A DNA stretch of 41,633 bases from Promethearchaeota archaeon (GTDB taxonomy: Archaea; Asgardarchaeota; Lokiarchaeia; Sigyniarchaeales; SOKP01), in assembly GCA_048940925.1 (NCBI GenBank), contig JBHLOC010000038.1:4602-46234 (forward strand), read 5' to 3'. A program made the position numbers and the translations under genes. Each line of letters starts with the position of its first letter. Within the stretch, counting starts at the first letter, position 1. The notes below the pieces were generated by a model, which had not been told where the DNA came from, ran no database searches, and saw only the letters and a program-made list of their open reading frames with translations. This document shows positions 28,783 to 38,563 of this stretch, in pieces.

Positions 28783-29538
28783 ATGAGTGAAGAAAAGCCA
28801 GAACCCGCACCACCAAAACAAAATAAACTTGTAGGAGCTGGTCTAGGTTTAATTATCATGGGCTTAGCTTATCTTGTGTGGTGGTTATCATTTATTGAAA
28901 ATGCAATAATAGATCCCCGATGGACTCATAATATTGCATATGCGATTATAATTTTAAATGTAGGTGTAGCCTGGTATTATAAAACTCCATTATCAAGAAC
29001 GGTTGTGATGATTCAATCCTTTATGCTACCCATAACGGGCAGCGGATCATTTGATACAGTAATTTGCACTATTATCACTTCAATAATACTTGTTCTCTGG
29101 ATTTTTATAGTACTATTTGAAAAGAATAGAGGAAAGGAGTTTTTTAAAGAGAAAATAAGTACTAGAGGTAAGAATTGGATTAATATGCACACGCTGATTG
29201 TTGCATGGATCTTAATAGGGCATATGGGTTTAATGTTCTTTATTGTCAGATTGCCCCTAGAAGCTCAACTCTATGGTTATGGTGAAAGAGCTGGATATCT
29301 CATGAATTTACCACCTGAGAGTTATGAATTTGCTACCTGGACATTTAATATTGGGTTATTTTTGCTAATTTCGGTAATTTTATGGGAACAATACAAAATG
29401 GGATACAATTTACAGAATAATCCTTGGCCGAGAAAAAGTTTTTGGGTTGTTCTTATCATAATGGGAGCTTCTCTAGTTGCTTTAGCAATTCAAAGTATTA
29501 CTGTGGGTATGGATTGGGTGGAAGTAGTTTATAGCTAA
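28783..29538 (+). CDS. Hypothetical multi-pass membrane protein (about 7 TM)
   Basis: Multiple hydrophobic helices with His-containing motifs RWTHN, WINMH and GHMG. Confidence 0.75.
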   Translation: MSEEKPEPAPPKQNKLVGAGLGLIIMGLAYLVWWLSFIENAIIDPRWTHNIAYAIIILNVGVAWYYKTPLSRTVVMIQSFMLPITGSGSFDTVICTIITSIILVLWIFIVLFEKNRGKEFFKEKISTRGKNWINMHTLIVAWILIGHMGLMFFIVRLPLEAQLYGYGERAGYLMNLPPESYEFATWTFNIGLFLLISVILWEQYKMGYNLQNNPWPRKSFWVVLIIMGASLVALAIQSITVGMDWVEVVYS

Positions 29539-29616
29539 AATATTTTTAAGTACTTTTAAAATGTAACAAATTGATTTAATTCAATATAAATATTTCAGAA
29601 TATTAGTGAATTATAT

Positions 29617-30705
29617 ATGAAAGAAGAGGATGTGTCATTAGCCCACGCAGGGATGACTTCTGAATTTGAGCTTCAAAAGGAATATTATGACAAGGGAAAA
29701 ATATTTATAGTTCAAATTGAATCTACATTAAGATGTTCCCAGTTATGTAATTACTGTTATGCAGGAAGTACACCAGATAGTCCAGAAGGTATGAATTCTG
29801 AAAAGATAAAAGAATTATTAGATACATCGTATAAATTGGGAGTCTATATGATTGATTGGTTGGGAGGAGATCCACTTCTAAGGAAGGATTGGCATGAATT
29901 ATGCAGTTATGCTTCAGAGTTAGGGTTAATTAATAATATATGGACTAGTGGTATTCCCTTAGCAAATCCAGAGGTAGCAAAAAAAGCTGTCAAAGTAACT
30001 AAGAGAGGTTTTATTTCAACGCATCTAGATACTCTAAATCCAGAATTATATTCTATTTTACATGGAGGTGAAAGACACAAGGGTGTTGTTAAAAATATAG
30101 AATTAATTATAAAAGGAATTAAAAATATTTTGTCTGTTGGGAAAGATCCAGGTGCAATAGTAAATTGTATTACCTATACTTCCCCTTTAGCTGATGGAGA
30201 TGCAAAGAGTATGATTTCTTATATGCAAGAGGTATTTGGTATAAAAACTTGTCTAACTTTATTCAATCCTGTGATATACCGTAATGCTAATGCATCCTGG
30301 GAACCTAATATTACTCAAATTGAGGATGCATTTACTCATAGAGACATGGTAAATTATCCTGACTATCCTTCATGCGGAGTTATGGATGTATCAAAGTTTT
30401 ACTGTGGAACAGTTATTTGTATAACTAGTAATGGATGGTTAACGCCTTGTTCGGTTATTAGAACACAAGAATTTGGTAATGTGTATGATGAGAAACTTGA
30501 AGTGTTAATTGAGAAAAATAAAAGGAGACTTCTCTTTTTAGACTTTAGAGATCCTTTTAAACTTCCAGGGAATTGTAGTGATTGTGCCAACAACTCATTT
30601 TGTTTTGGATGCAGAAGTAGTGCTTATTATTATGAAGGAGATATATTGTCAGTGGATCCTAAGTGTTATCAATTCACACCGAAAATTCTTAAGGAGGAAG
30701 ACTAA
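29617..30705 (+). CDS. Radical SAM protein with SPASM domain
   Basis: CSQLCNYC (CxxxCxxC) and GGDPL. C-terminal YCGTVICITSNGWLTPC and CSDC...CFGCR...DPKC. Confidence 0.92.
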   Translation: MKEEDVSLAHAGMTSEFELQKEYYDKGKIFIVQIESTLRCSQLCNYCYAGSTPDSPEGMNSEKIKELLDTSYKLGVYMIDWLGGDPLLRKDWHELCSYASELGLINNIWTSGIPLANPEVAKKAVKVTKRGFISTHLDTLNPELYSILHGGERHKGVVKNIELIIKGIKNILSVGKDPGAIVNCITYTSPLADGDAKSMISYMQEVFGIKTCLTLFNPVIYRNANASWEPNITQIEDAFTHRDMVNYPDYPSCGVMDVSKFYCGTVICITSNGWLTPCSVIRTQEFGNVYDEKLEVLIEKNKRRLLFLDFRDPFKLPGNCSDCANNSFCFGCRSSAYYYEGDILSVDPKCYQFTPKILKEED

Positions 30706-30809
30706 TATTTTTATTTTCAGCTTAAAATCTCTTTTTAATGATTTATCTAATTTAATTTTAAATATATTAATTTTATAATATATCATGGCTATTTGAAACC
30801 GTTATTTAT

Positions 30810-31613
30810 ATGCATAGAAAAAAGTATGATTTCTCAGTCTGGGATGTAAGTGAAGTATATGCCGGTCCAGGAGGTAAGCTTTGGGAACTACTTATGGGTG
30901 ATCAAATTCACGTTGGAGGAGCAGATCAAACAGATGTTTTGGCAAAAAAGATAGGTCTTGATAAAAAAAAAGATATCTATTTATTAGATGTTTGTTCGGC
31001 TCTAGGTGGCCCGGCAAGACACTTAGCAGAAAAATATAGTGTTAACGTCCTGGGATTAGATATTACTCCTGAAATAATAGAAGAAGCTAAAAAACGGACA
31101 ATAGGAAAGTCTTATGCAGATAAAATCGAATACAGACTTGGATCAGCTCTAGATATACCAGCTCATAAAAATACTTTTGATGTTGTTTGGGGTCAAGATG
31201 CATGGTGTTATATTAGAGACAAACCCAGACTTATAAATGAAATTAATAGAGTTTTAAAATCTGGAGGTATCTTAGGATTTACAGATTGGATTTGGGGGTC
31301 TATTGATGCACCTGAAACCGAAGCCGATTATCTGATGGAATTTATGGTATTTCCCGATATGCAAACTTATGAGGGATATATAAGACTTATTGAAATAGTC
31401 GGAATGAATCTTGAAGAAAAGGAAAATCTTAATCATGATTTCGCAATTCATATGGATCACTATGTTTCAATTCTACAAAAAAATAAAGATAATATTATCA
31501 ATGGATTCGGAAAGGAATTATATGAAGAAGCAGAAAAAGGATTACTGGCTTGGCAGCGTGCTGCTCATAATAAATGGGTAAGTAGAGGTTTATGGATTGC
31601 GAAAAAACCTTAA
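30810..31613 (+). CDS. SAM-dependent methyltransferase, sarcosine/dimethylglycine- or phosphoethanolamine-N-methyltransferase-like
   Basis: QIHVGG, LLDVCSALGGPARHLA, LGLDIT, FDVVWGQDAW, EINRVLKSGGILGFTD. Confidence 0.8.
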   Translation: MHRKKYDFSVWDVSEVYAGPGGKLWELLMGDQIHVGGADQTDVLAKKIGLDKKKDIYLLDVCSALGGPARHLAEKYSVNVLGLDITPEIIEEAKKRTIGKSYADKIEYRLGSALDIPAHKNTFDVVWGQDAWCYIRDKPRLINEINRVLKSGGILGFTDWIWGSIDAPETEADYLMEFMVFPDMQTYEGYIRLIEIVGMNLEEKENLNHDFAIHMDHYVSILQKNKDNIINGFGKELYEEAEKGLLAWQRAAHNKWVSRGLWIAKKP

Positions 31614-31652
31614 CTTTTTTTCAAAATTTTAATTAATTATTTGTTTTTTAAT

Positions 31653-32447
31653 ATGGATTCAGTAATAATTATCTTTACAAAAGTACCAATCCCAGGGTCT
31701 GTAAAAACCCGTTTGACCCAAAATACATGTTTAACAGAATTAGATTCCGCTAAAATTGCTGAAGCGATGCTCAAAGACACGATTAGTTTAGCTTCCAAGA
31801 CTGATGTGAATAGAATTCAAATTGGATATTATCCTAAGGAAGCAATAAAAACACTTAATAAAATTATTGATTCGGTCAGAGCTGATGGTTGCTTAAAAAA
31901 ACCAGTGGAGTTAATTCTTCAAATTGGGTCAAATTTTGATCAGCGGTTTGGATCAGTTATAAAGGAATCTTTTAAAGAAAATGTGAACTTTTTAATTGTT
32001 TTAGGTGCAGATTTACCATTTTTAGATCCAAAGATAATAAACAAAGCTTTAGAAAACTTAATTGAAAAAATCGATGAGAAACCAGTCATTATAGGTCCTT
32101 CTAGTGGCGGAGGTATATATCTTGTTGGAGTCACTAATGATTTTAACCCAAGTTGGTTTTCAGATTATAAGTTGTTTAGAGGAGGATCAGAGTTATCTAA
32201 ATTTGCTGCTTTCTGTGGAGAAAATAAATTTCCGTTAATAACTCTCCCTCCGTATGGTGATATAGATATCGAAGAAGATTTAGTTTCATTAATTTCCTAT
32301 ATTAAAATACTTAAAAATTCAGAAAAAACCATTGGTTTCTATTTTCCTCATTATACTAACAAAATCATAGAAAAATTAGATATTTATATTCTCGAAAAAC
32401 AAGATCAAACGCGTAGGCGAAAAATAGCGAAAAGAAACTGTAAATAA
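31653..32447 (+). CDS. DUF2064 / TIGR04282-like transferase (CofC-related fold)
   Basis: IIFTKVPIPGSVKTRL, Q-G-NFDQR, VLGADLP, IGPSSGGGIYLVG, DIDIEEDL. ATG 31653 preferred to TTG 31641. Confidence 0.85.
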   Translation: MDSVIIIFTKVPIPGSVKTRLTQNTCLTELDSAKIAEAMLKDTISLASKTDVNRIQIGYYPKEAIKTLNKIIDSVRADGCLKKPVELILQIGSNFDQRFGSVIKESFKENVNFLIVLGADLPFLDPKIINKALENLIEKIDEKPVIIGPSSGGGIYLVGVTNDFNPSWFSDYKLFRGGSELSKFAAFCGENKFPLITLPPYGDIDIEEDLVSLISYIKILKNSEKTIGFYFPHYTNKIIEKLDIYILEKQDQTRRRKIAKRNCK

Positions 32448-32452
32448 AAATC

Positions 32453-33226
32453 ATGCAGGTAAGTATAATAATTATAACGTTGAATGAAGAAGAAAATATC
32501 GAAAAAACTGTAAAGAATGCTCGTTTAGCAGCACGTTTTCCTTCGGGAAGTGGAGTTCCTATTGAAATCATTGTTAGCGATGGAGGATCTACGGATTGCA
32601 CTACTGAAATTGCACAAAACATAGCAGATAAAGTGATTATTGGACCAAAGGGAAGATATTTGCAGTTAAATGCTGGTGCTAAACAAGCAAAAGGAGATAT
32701 TTTACTTTTTTTACATGCTGATACAATTTTACCAGAAGGTGCTATTATAAGAATCCTTTATAGATTAAAAAATCCTAAGGTTATCGGAGGAGCTTTTAAG
32801 AAAGATTGGAATTGGAATCCTAGTGTTAAACGATCATCATTCCTTAAATTTGCGAGTTTCTGGTGGCAAGGATTAGGTAACTGGCTTGTGAGATTACTAA
32901 GAACTTTTCCTGGAGATAATGCTATTTTTGTTCGTAAATCAATTTTTGAAGAAATTAAAGGATTTCGACCTTTATGGATATGTGAAGATTTTGATTTTTC
33001 TCACAGATTAAGAAAATATGGGAAGAAGAGATTTATATATATACACTCAACAGTACTTACATCAACAAGGCGATATGAAAAATATGGATTCCTTTATATA
33101 AATATAATGTGGATTTTAATATATTTTCGATGGCGTTTTGGTATGTCTCAGAAACGTCTAGAAGATAAATTTAATAAATATTCTACAATTCCAGAGAAAG
33201 GAAATAAAAATTATCTAAAATTTTAA
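32453..33226 (+). CDS. GT2 glycosyltransferase, TIGR04283-like
   Basis: SIIIITLNEE, VSDGGSTD, GRYLQLNAGA, LLFLHADT, GDNAIFVRKSIF, CEDFDF, TSTRRY. Confidence 0.88.
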   Translation: MQVSIIIITLNEEENIEKTVKNARLAARFPSGSGVPIEIIVSDGGSTDCTTEIAQNIADKVIIGPKGRYLQLNAGAKQAKGDILLFLHADTILPEGAIIRILYRLKNPKVIGGAFKKDWNWNPSVKRSSFLKFASFWWQGLGNWLVRLLRTFPGDNAIFVRKSIFEEIKGFRPLWICEDFDFSHRLRKYGKKRFIYIHSTVLTSTRRYEKYGFLYINIMWILIYFRWRFGMSQKRLEDKFNKYSTIPEKGNKNYLKF

Positions 33227-33264
33227 CAAAGTCTGATGTAAGTCTTATTGGTTTGATTTTAGTT

Positions 33265-34668
33265 TCACTCATCTTTCTTTTTACTCTCTAAATATTTTAA
33301 ATATTCGAGCTCCTTTTTCTCATGTATTTTAATTATTTCTGCTTTTTGAGAAGTCCATTCAGGACCATCCAGCTGGTAAAAAAACATTACTAGTGCGCCT
33401 AAGATCAAAAATAAGGACGGAATCAGTGCAAATCCAATCATGATTCCCAATTGCGCAGAGAAATTTTGAGTTTGTTGGTCTGAATTGAATCCAAAAAGTG
33501 TGATAATAATTAAAAATAACCAATTTGCCAAGGAAATTGCTGGTTTTGTAATCAATGCGTTTATTCCAGAATAAGTTGTTTCCCTGCGCTTTCCTGTTCG
33601 TACTTCGTCGTAATCAACAATATCAGCTACAACCACTTGGTTTGTAAGCATATACCCAGAAATCCCGATACCTATTAAGATACATCCAATTATAGCAAGC
33701 TCAAATGTCCATCCAATAAAAAAACTTAAAAGGAAACTCAATCCTGTCCACATCATTGCGAAAATGAAGGTTTTTTTAACCCCATATTTCCCAATTAGTT
33801 TATTAAAAATAACTAAGAACGCAAATATCATTATGAAGACTATTAATAATGGAAACGTAGTGGCGATGCCGGACAAGATCAAGACATAATTAACATAATA
33901 AAAAATTGCGGTAGTAAGGATTGTCTGGGCAATTGTAAAAGAAAAGTTAGATACTTCAAAAATTAAAAAAGGTGTATTTTTAAATGTTTCTTTTATTCCT
34001 TTGATGATTGGAAGTGTTTCTTCCATTTGTGTATATTTATTTTCTTTTAAGTGAAAACTACTCATGTATATCATTATAGCGGAAATAATACCCACAATTA
34101 TCATAGTAATGAGAAATGGAGTAATCACATGAGGTGATTCAATTCCAGTTAATAAAAATATTGGTAAGATAAAAGAAATTAAAAGTGAGATAGAAGTTAT
34201 TATATTACTATATATCATCAAATTACCTCTTTCTTGTGAAGTTAATGTCATTTCTGCTGGAAGGGTATAATTTATAAGCCCTAGTATTGTGAATAGGGTA
34301 TCAAAGACGAATAAAACGACAATTAAATTAAAAAAGAGGGCAACTTGGTTATTTACATCAACAAATGGAAACCAACATAAAATGAACACTATGCCATATA
34401 TCGGAGCGCCGAATCGAATATAGGGGATTCTCCTGCCATATTTTTCTGATTTAGTATGATCTTCTATGAAACCAAATATAGGATCATTGATCGCATTCCA
34501 AAATGAAAAGATTAACCATGCGATTCCAATCAATTGAGCGTTCAACCCTAAAACTACGTTATAAAAGAATGTAATAGCTGAAAATGCTATTTGAGACGGC
34601 AAGTTAATACCCGCTCCAAAAATTCCATATGCTAATTTCGATTTTAATGATAATTCTTCAATTGACAT
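33265..34668 (-). CDS. MFS transporter, glycoside-pentoside-hexuronide (GPH/MelB) family
   Basis: WNAINDPIFG, GRRIPY, ADIVDYDEVRTGKRRE; about 12 TM. Confidence 0.9.
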   Translation of the reverse strand: MSIEELSLKSKLAYGIFGAGINLPSQIAFSAITFFYNVVLGLNAQLIGIAWLIFSFWNAINDPIFGFIEDHTKSEKYGRRIPYIRFGAPIYGIVFILCWFPFVDVNNQVALFFNLIVVLFVFDTLFTILGLINYTLPAEMTLTSQERGNLMIYSNIITSISLLISFILPIFLLTGIESPHVITPFLITMIIVGIISAIMIYMSSFHLKENKYTQMEETLPIIKGIKETFKNTPFLIFEVSNFSFTIAQTILTTAIFYYVNYVLILSGIATTFPLLIVFIMIFAFLVIFNKLIGKYGVKKTFIFAMMWTGLSFLLSFFIGWTFELAIIGCILIGIGISGYMLTNQVVVADIVDYDEVRTGKRRETTYSGINALITKPAISLANWLFLIIITLFGFNSDQQTQNFSAQLGIMIGFALIPSLFLILGALVMFFYQLDGPEWTSQKAEIIKIHEKKELEYLKYLESKKKDE

Positions 34669-34783
34669 TAATTTATCAAGTTTAATATGGATCTCAAGAT
34701 ATAATTAAATCTTTAGGCAACTTAAAAACTAAAATTAAATTAAATAAATCAATTTACTTTAATACTATATTATAATATTCAAG

Positions 34784-35275
34784 ATGGAATTTATGGTAAA
34801 ATTCAATATATCAACAATTATTAACCAAAATCCAGAAATTGTATGGAAAGCTTTTATAGATCCACAGAATATGATACATTGGACACGATTTTTAGAAAAG
34901 GTGGAAATTATCAAGGGGAAATTAGGAGAAATAGGAGCAATTTCTCATTTACATTACTTAGAGAAAGGTCGTTCCTATATCTTAGAAGATAAGTTACTTT
35001 CTTATGAGGAAGGGAAGAGAATAGAATCTCAGGTCTCTGGACAGGGGTTGAATATTATTGTTGAAACGATTTTAGAATCACATCCGAAGGGAACAAAAAT
35101 TTCGATGACGTGGAATGGAACAAGTAAATCCTTTTTTACCAGGATTATCCTAAAATTAATGCAAGGTAAAATTAGCAAAAATGCAAAGTCTGAATTAGAT
35201 ACTTTTAAAAGTTTGGTTGAGAAATACGGAGTTAGTTTCTCTGATCATGATTTAGGTCGGAAATTAATTCCCTAA
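34784..35275 (+). CDS. SRPBCC (START/polyketide cyclase) family protein
   Basis: INQNPEIVWKAFIDPQNMIHW...GTKISMT...ELDTFKSLVE pattern. Confidence 0.82.
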   Translation: MEFMVKFNISTIINQNPEIVWKAFIDPQNMIHWTRFLEKVEIIKGKLGEIGAISHLHYLEKGRSYILEDKLLSYEEGKRIESQVSGQGLNIIVETILESHPKGTKISMTWNGTSKSFFTRIILKLMQGKISKNAKSELDTFKSLVEKYGVSFSDHDLGRKLIP

Positions 35276-38200
35276 TCTCTTCTACACGTTCAGTATTACC
35301 CATCCCTCGATATGTATTCATTAAATATTCCAAATTTTTCAAATCTTTAGGATCTAATTCTAAAGCTTTTTTGTAATAAATTTCAGATTTAGCATAACTG
35401 CCTGCGTTATAATATAATCCTGCAAGATTTTGAAGTGCGTCCTTATCTTTTGGGTTTAATAAAAGCATTCTTTTAAGTATCCATTCTCCTTTGACTGTTT
35501 GTCTTGTGTTAAAATAAATGCGTGCAAGCATGTTTAAAGTGTATTTATCGTTTATATCCAACTCTAATAGGCTCTTAAAGATTTCCTCTGCTTTTTCATA
35601 ATGTTGTTGATTTAAATAAATAAATCCAAGATTAGAATATGGTTTAAGATACTTTTGGTTAAGGTTTAGAGACTCTTGCCAATATTCATTTGCTTTTTTA
35701 AAATCATTCTTATAATAATAAATCGTCCCAAGGATGTTTAATACAGGGAGAAAGTTAGGCTTAATTTCTAAAACTCTTCTGGCATACTCTTCCGCATTTT
35801 GAAAGTCCTTCATTCTTAAATGAGAAAAAGCAAGAAGGTATAAAATCAAATAATTACCAGTAGATTCAAATTTTTTCAGTAAATTTAAAGCTTGATCAAA
35901 TTCTGGTTTATTTATTAAACATAAAGCTTTTCCCGCAGTGGCATTCACTGAACCGGGATTAATAGCTAATGCTTTTTCAAAGTAAATTAATGCTTCCTCA
36001 AATCTTTTTAAAAATGCTAGTAGAAAACCTTTAGCATTTAATATTGGTTCTTCTTCATTTTTCATTTGAAGTAATTCTAAAATTTTTTCTAAATAGGGTT
36101 TTCCTTTTTCTTTTTCCCACTGATATCCTTCTAATAGATATGGATTTTCATTAACATTTTTTACAAGATCCTCCAATTTTATTTCATTTAATAGCATTTG
36201 AATTTGAGGTAATCTAAATTCTCTCCAATTCTTGAAGATTTCTTCTAAATCTGCCACACTGTTTAGTTTTTGTTTTAACTGAGCAAGACCATAGTTAAAA
36301 TCCTGAACTTCTGGAGTCGATCCAAATCCCCCTTGAGTTGCGAGATCTATCGCTTCTTCAAGTGTTTCAATAGCTTTTGTGATTCTTCCTTGATTATAAT
36401 ATACCATGGCAATATCATTGTATGTACCTGCGATACCTCCTAAATCATCAACTTTTTCATAATAATCAAGAGCTTCTTCATAGTTCCTCAGAGCATTTTG
36501 ATAATCACCAATGTCTTTAGAGAAATTACCCGCTTTTTTAAGATCGAATAAGACCCGATTCATATCATTCAACATTTTATCTATTGGTAAAGCTTTTTCT
36601 AATAATTTTACTGCTTTATCTTTAGAATTAAGTTCACTATGTAATAAAGCCATGTTCGTTAAATAAATAGCTTTTTTTGCGAGATCTCCCAATATTTCTA
36701 CCTTTTCTAATGCCTTTTCATAATTTGCTAATGCTAACTTCTTTTTCCCTTGTTGCGCATAAATTGATGCAATATTGTTTAAGCGCACCGTTATGCCATT
36801 TAAATCTCCTAGTTCTTCAGAAATTTGAAGAGCTTCTTGAAATTTCTCCAATGCGTTTTCATACTCGTTTTTAGAAAAATATACGGAACCGATATTACTA
36901 AGAAGACGCGATTTAACACCTAGATCTCCTAAATCTTTATTTATTTCTAATGCTTTTTGATAATACTCAAATGCTTCTTGGTATTTCCTGTCTGAGAAGT
37001 AAGTTAGACCAATATTATTTAGAATTGTGATTTTTTCTATAATAATTGGAGAATTTTCTGCAATTGCAAGAGCCTTTTTTAGCCACACTATTGCTTCTTG
37101 ATACTTTCTTTGAGACTTAAATACCATACCAATGTTATTAAGGGTCATAGAACTGCCTTCAAGCGCTCCAAGATCTAACGCTCTTTCATAACACTCTAAT
37201 GCTTTTTCAGGATCTCCTTTATCTAGATATATTAGGCCATTATTGTTAAGAAATGATGATTCTACATCGACATTTCCTAGTTCTTTCGCTAAACTCAATC
37301 CCATTTCTCCTATCCTCAGAGCATTATCAGGTTGTGCTAATCTATAATACAATTCCCAAGTAAATAATAACTTTCTAATCTCATCAATCGGGTGTAAAAC
37401 TTTCTGAAACCAATTTTCATAATCGAATTCAATTAAAGAGGTTTTAGCAAAATTAGGTTGACGTTTTTCATTTAATAATAGTTTCCAAAGGAAATCTCTG
37501 ACAAAAATGGCTGTATTTACATTAATTTTAAATATTTTAATCGGATGGTCAAGATGGATTGAAATCTGTCCTAATTCTCTTAAAAGTGAAGTGATTCTAT
37601 CTGTATTTCCTGCATTATTCTCAGAAACTGCTTCAATCCTAAAAATCTCTGGAACTTCAGCAGATGTATGGTCCACCCAAATAATTTTAGAAATATTTTG
37701 TAATTCTTTCAAGGTAGGACTTATATCGAAATCATCATTGCCTGAATATCCCATTACAAATAGAGTTCTACCCTCTAACAAGTTAACCAACGCTGGCTTC
37801 TTGTAATCTTCAATCGCAAAAGTCTTTTCATCTCGATCCCTTCCTAAAGCCGATATCGTGGTTACTAAAGTATCTCTCGTATCCTCATTAGTTATAATAT
37901 TTTTTTTTGATCCATGTATTTTGTAAATCGGAAATCTACCTTCTTTTGCCAGAATATCTGGATCAGCATAATTCATGAAATCTATACGAGTAATTATTGG
38001 TAAAATTTTTGATTTATCTTCAATGATATTTATTAAAGCAAATTCTATAAGATAATCAAAATTAGTAGTAATTACGTGGTGTCCCTTTATAACGCTATGT
38101 GCTAATAAATAATGGAGTATATTTGGCTGAGTGTAATTATCAAAAAAATCCATTATCCTTAATTTTGGATCAAAATGCTTTTGAATAAATTCTACAACTG

Positions 38201-38393
38201 TTTCATATCTTAATCCTTGTAAGGATAAGATTTTACTGATTTCCTTATCTGTAGCACACAATTTCACGAGAGTGTTGACAATTTGAACTGCTGATTTGAG
38301 ACCTGAAGGTGGCTCCATTGAAATCCCAGCACCAACTAGAAATGTGAATTTCTCATTCGGAAGGATAATTTCTTCTAATTCGTGGAAAATCAT
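35232..38393 (-). CDS. SIR2-like (SIR2_2) domain protein with two TPR arrays
   Basis: FLVGAGIS, ITTNFD, YKIHGS, MGYSGNDDFDI. Then ~40-aa LxNIGxxY...ALxI repeats and C-terminal 34-aa TPRs (ALxLDP-type). Confidence 0.9.
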   Translation of the reverse strand: MIFHELEEIILPNEKFTFLVGAGISMEPPSGLKSAVQIVNTLVKLCATDKEISKILSLQGLRYETVVEFIQKHFDPKLRIMDFFDNYTQPNILHYLLAHSVIKGHHVITTNFDYLIEFALINIIEDKSKILPIITRIDFMNYADPDILAKEGRFPIYKIHGSKKNIITNEDTRDTLVTTISALGRDRDEKTFAIEDYKKPALVNLLEGRTLFVMGYSGNDDFDISPTLKELQNISKIIWVDHTSAEVPEIFRIEAVSENNAGNTDRITSLLRELGQISIHLDHPIKIFKINVNTAIFVRDFLWKLLLNEKRQPNFAKTSLIEFDYENWFQKVLHPIDEIRKLLFTWELYYRLAQPDNALRIGEMGLSLAKELGNVDVESSFLNNNGLIYLDKGDPEKALECYERALDLGALEGSSMTLNNIGMVFKSQRKYQEAIVWLKKALAIAENSPIIIEKITILNNIGLTYFSDRKYQEAFEYYQKALEINKDLGDLGVKSRLLSNIGSVYFSKNEYENALEKFQEALQISEELGDLNGITVRLNNIASIYAQQGKKKLALANYEKALEKVEILGDLAKKAIYLTNMALLHSELNSKDKAVKLLEKALPIDKMLNDMNRVLFDLKKAGNFSKDIGDYQNALRNYEEALDYYEKVDDLGGIAGTYNDIAMVYYNQGRITKAIETLEEAIDLATQGGFGSTPEVQDFNYGLAQLKQKLNSVADLEEIFKNWREFRLPQIQMLLNEIKLEDLVKNVNENPYLLEGYQWEKEKGKPYLEKILELLQMKNEEEPILNAKGFLLAFLKRFEEALIYFEKALAINPGSVNATAGKALCLINKPEFDQALNLLKKFESTGNYLILYLLAFSHLRMKDFQNAEEYARRVLEIKPNFLPVLNILGTIYYYKNDFKKANEYWQESLNLNQKYLKPYSNLGFIYLNQQHYEKAEEIFKSLLELDINDKYTLNMLARIYFNTRQTVKGEWILKRMLLLNPKDKDALQNLAGLYYNAGSYAKSEIYYKKALELDPKDLKNLEYLMNTYRGMGNTERVEEIRELISDLNHDQRN

Positions 38394-38563
38394 ACTTTTT
38401 CACTGAAAGATTTTTATTTAATAAAATAGACTGACTAAATTCAATAGTTATAAAATAAAGATCATAATTTCAACCATAAAAATAATATTACTATAAATTA
38501 AATGCTTATTAAGGAATATGATAAATTTTTAAAAAAGTAAGTAGAAAGAAAGTACTGATAATT

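Noticed and set aside
29538-30810. RiPP precursor peptide for the SPASM enzyme
   Set aside because: Flanking gaps are short AT-rich spacers with no credible small ORF, and no PqqD/RRE-like gene was seen.
30810-31613. Calling the methyltransferase arsM and the radical SAM gene arsS
   Set aside because: The ArsM cysteine pattern is absent and the rSAM has a SPASM domain, so gene symbols are unsupported.
31653-32447. Calling this cofC because F420-type enzymes are nearby
   Set aside because: Motifs and tight linkage to a TIGR04283-like GT2 fit DUF2064/TIGR04282 better, and no cofD/E is adjacent.
35232-38393. Avs/STAND or Thoeris assignment
   Set aside because: No P-loop NTPase, TIR, SLOG or Macro domain was recognised in or beside the gene.
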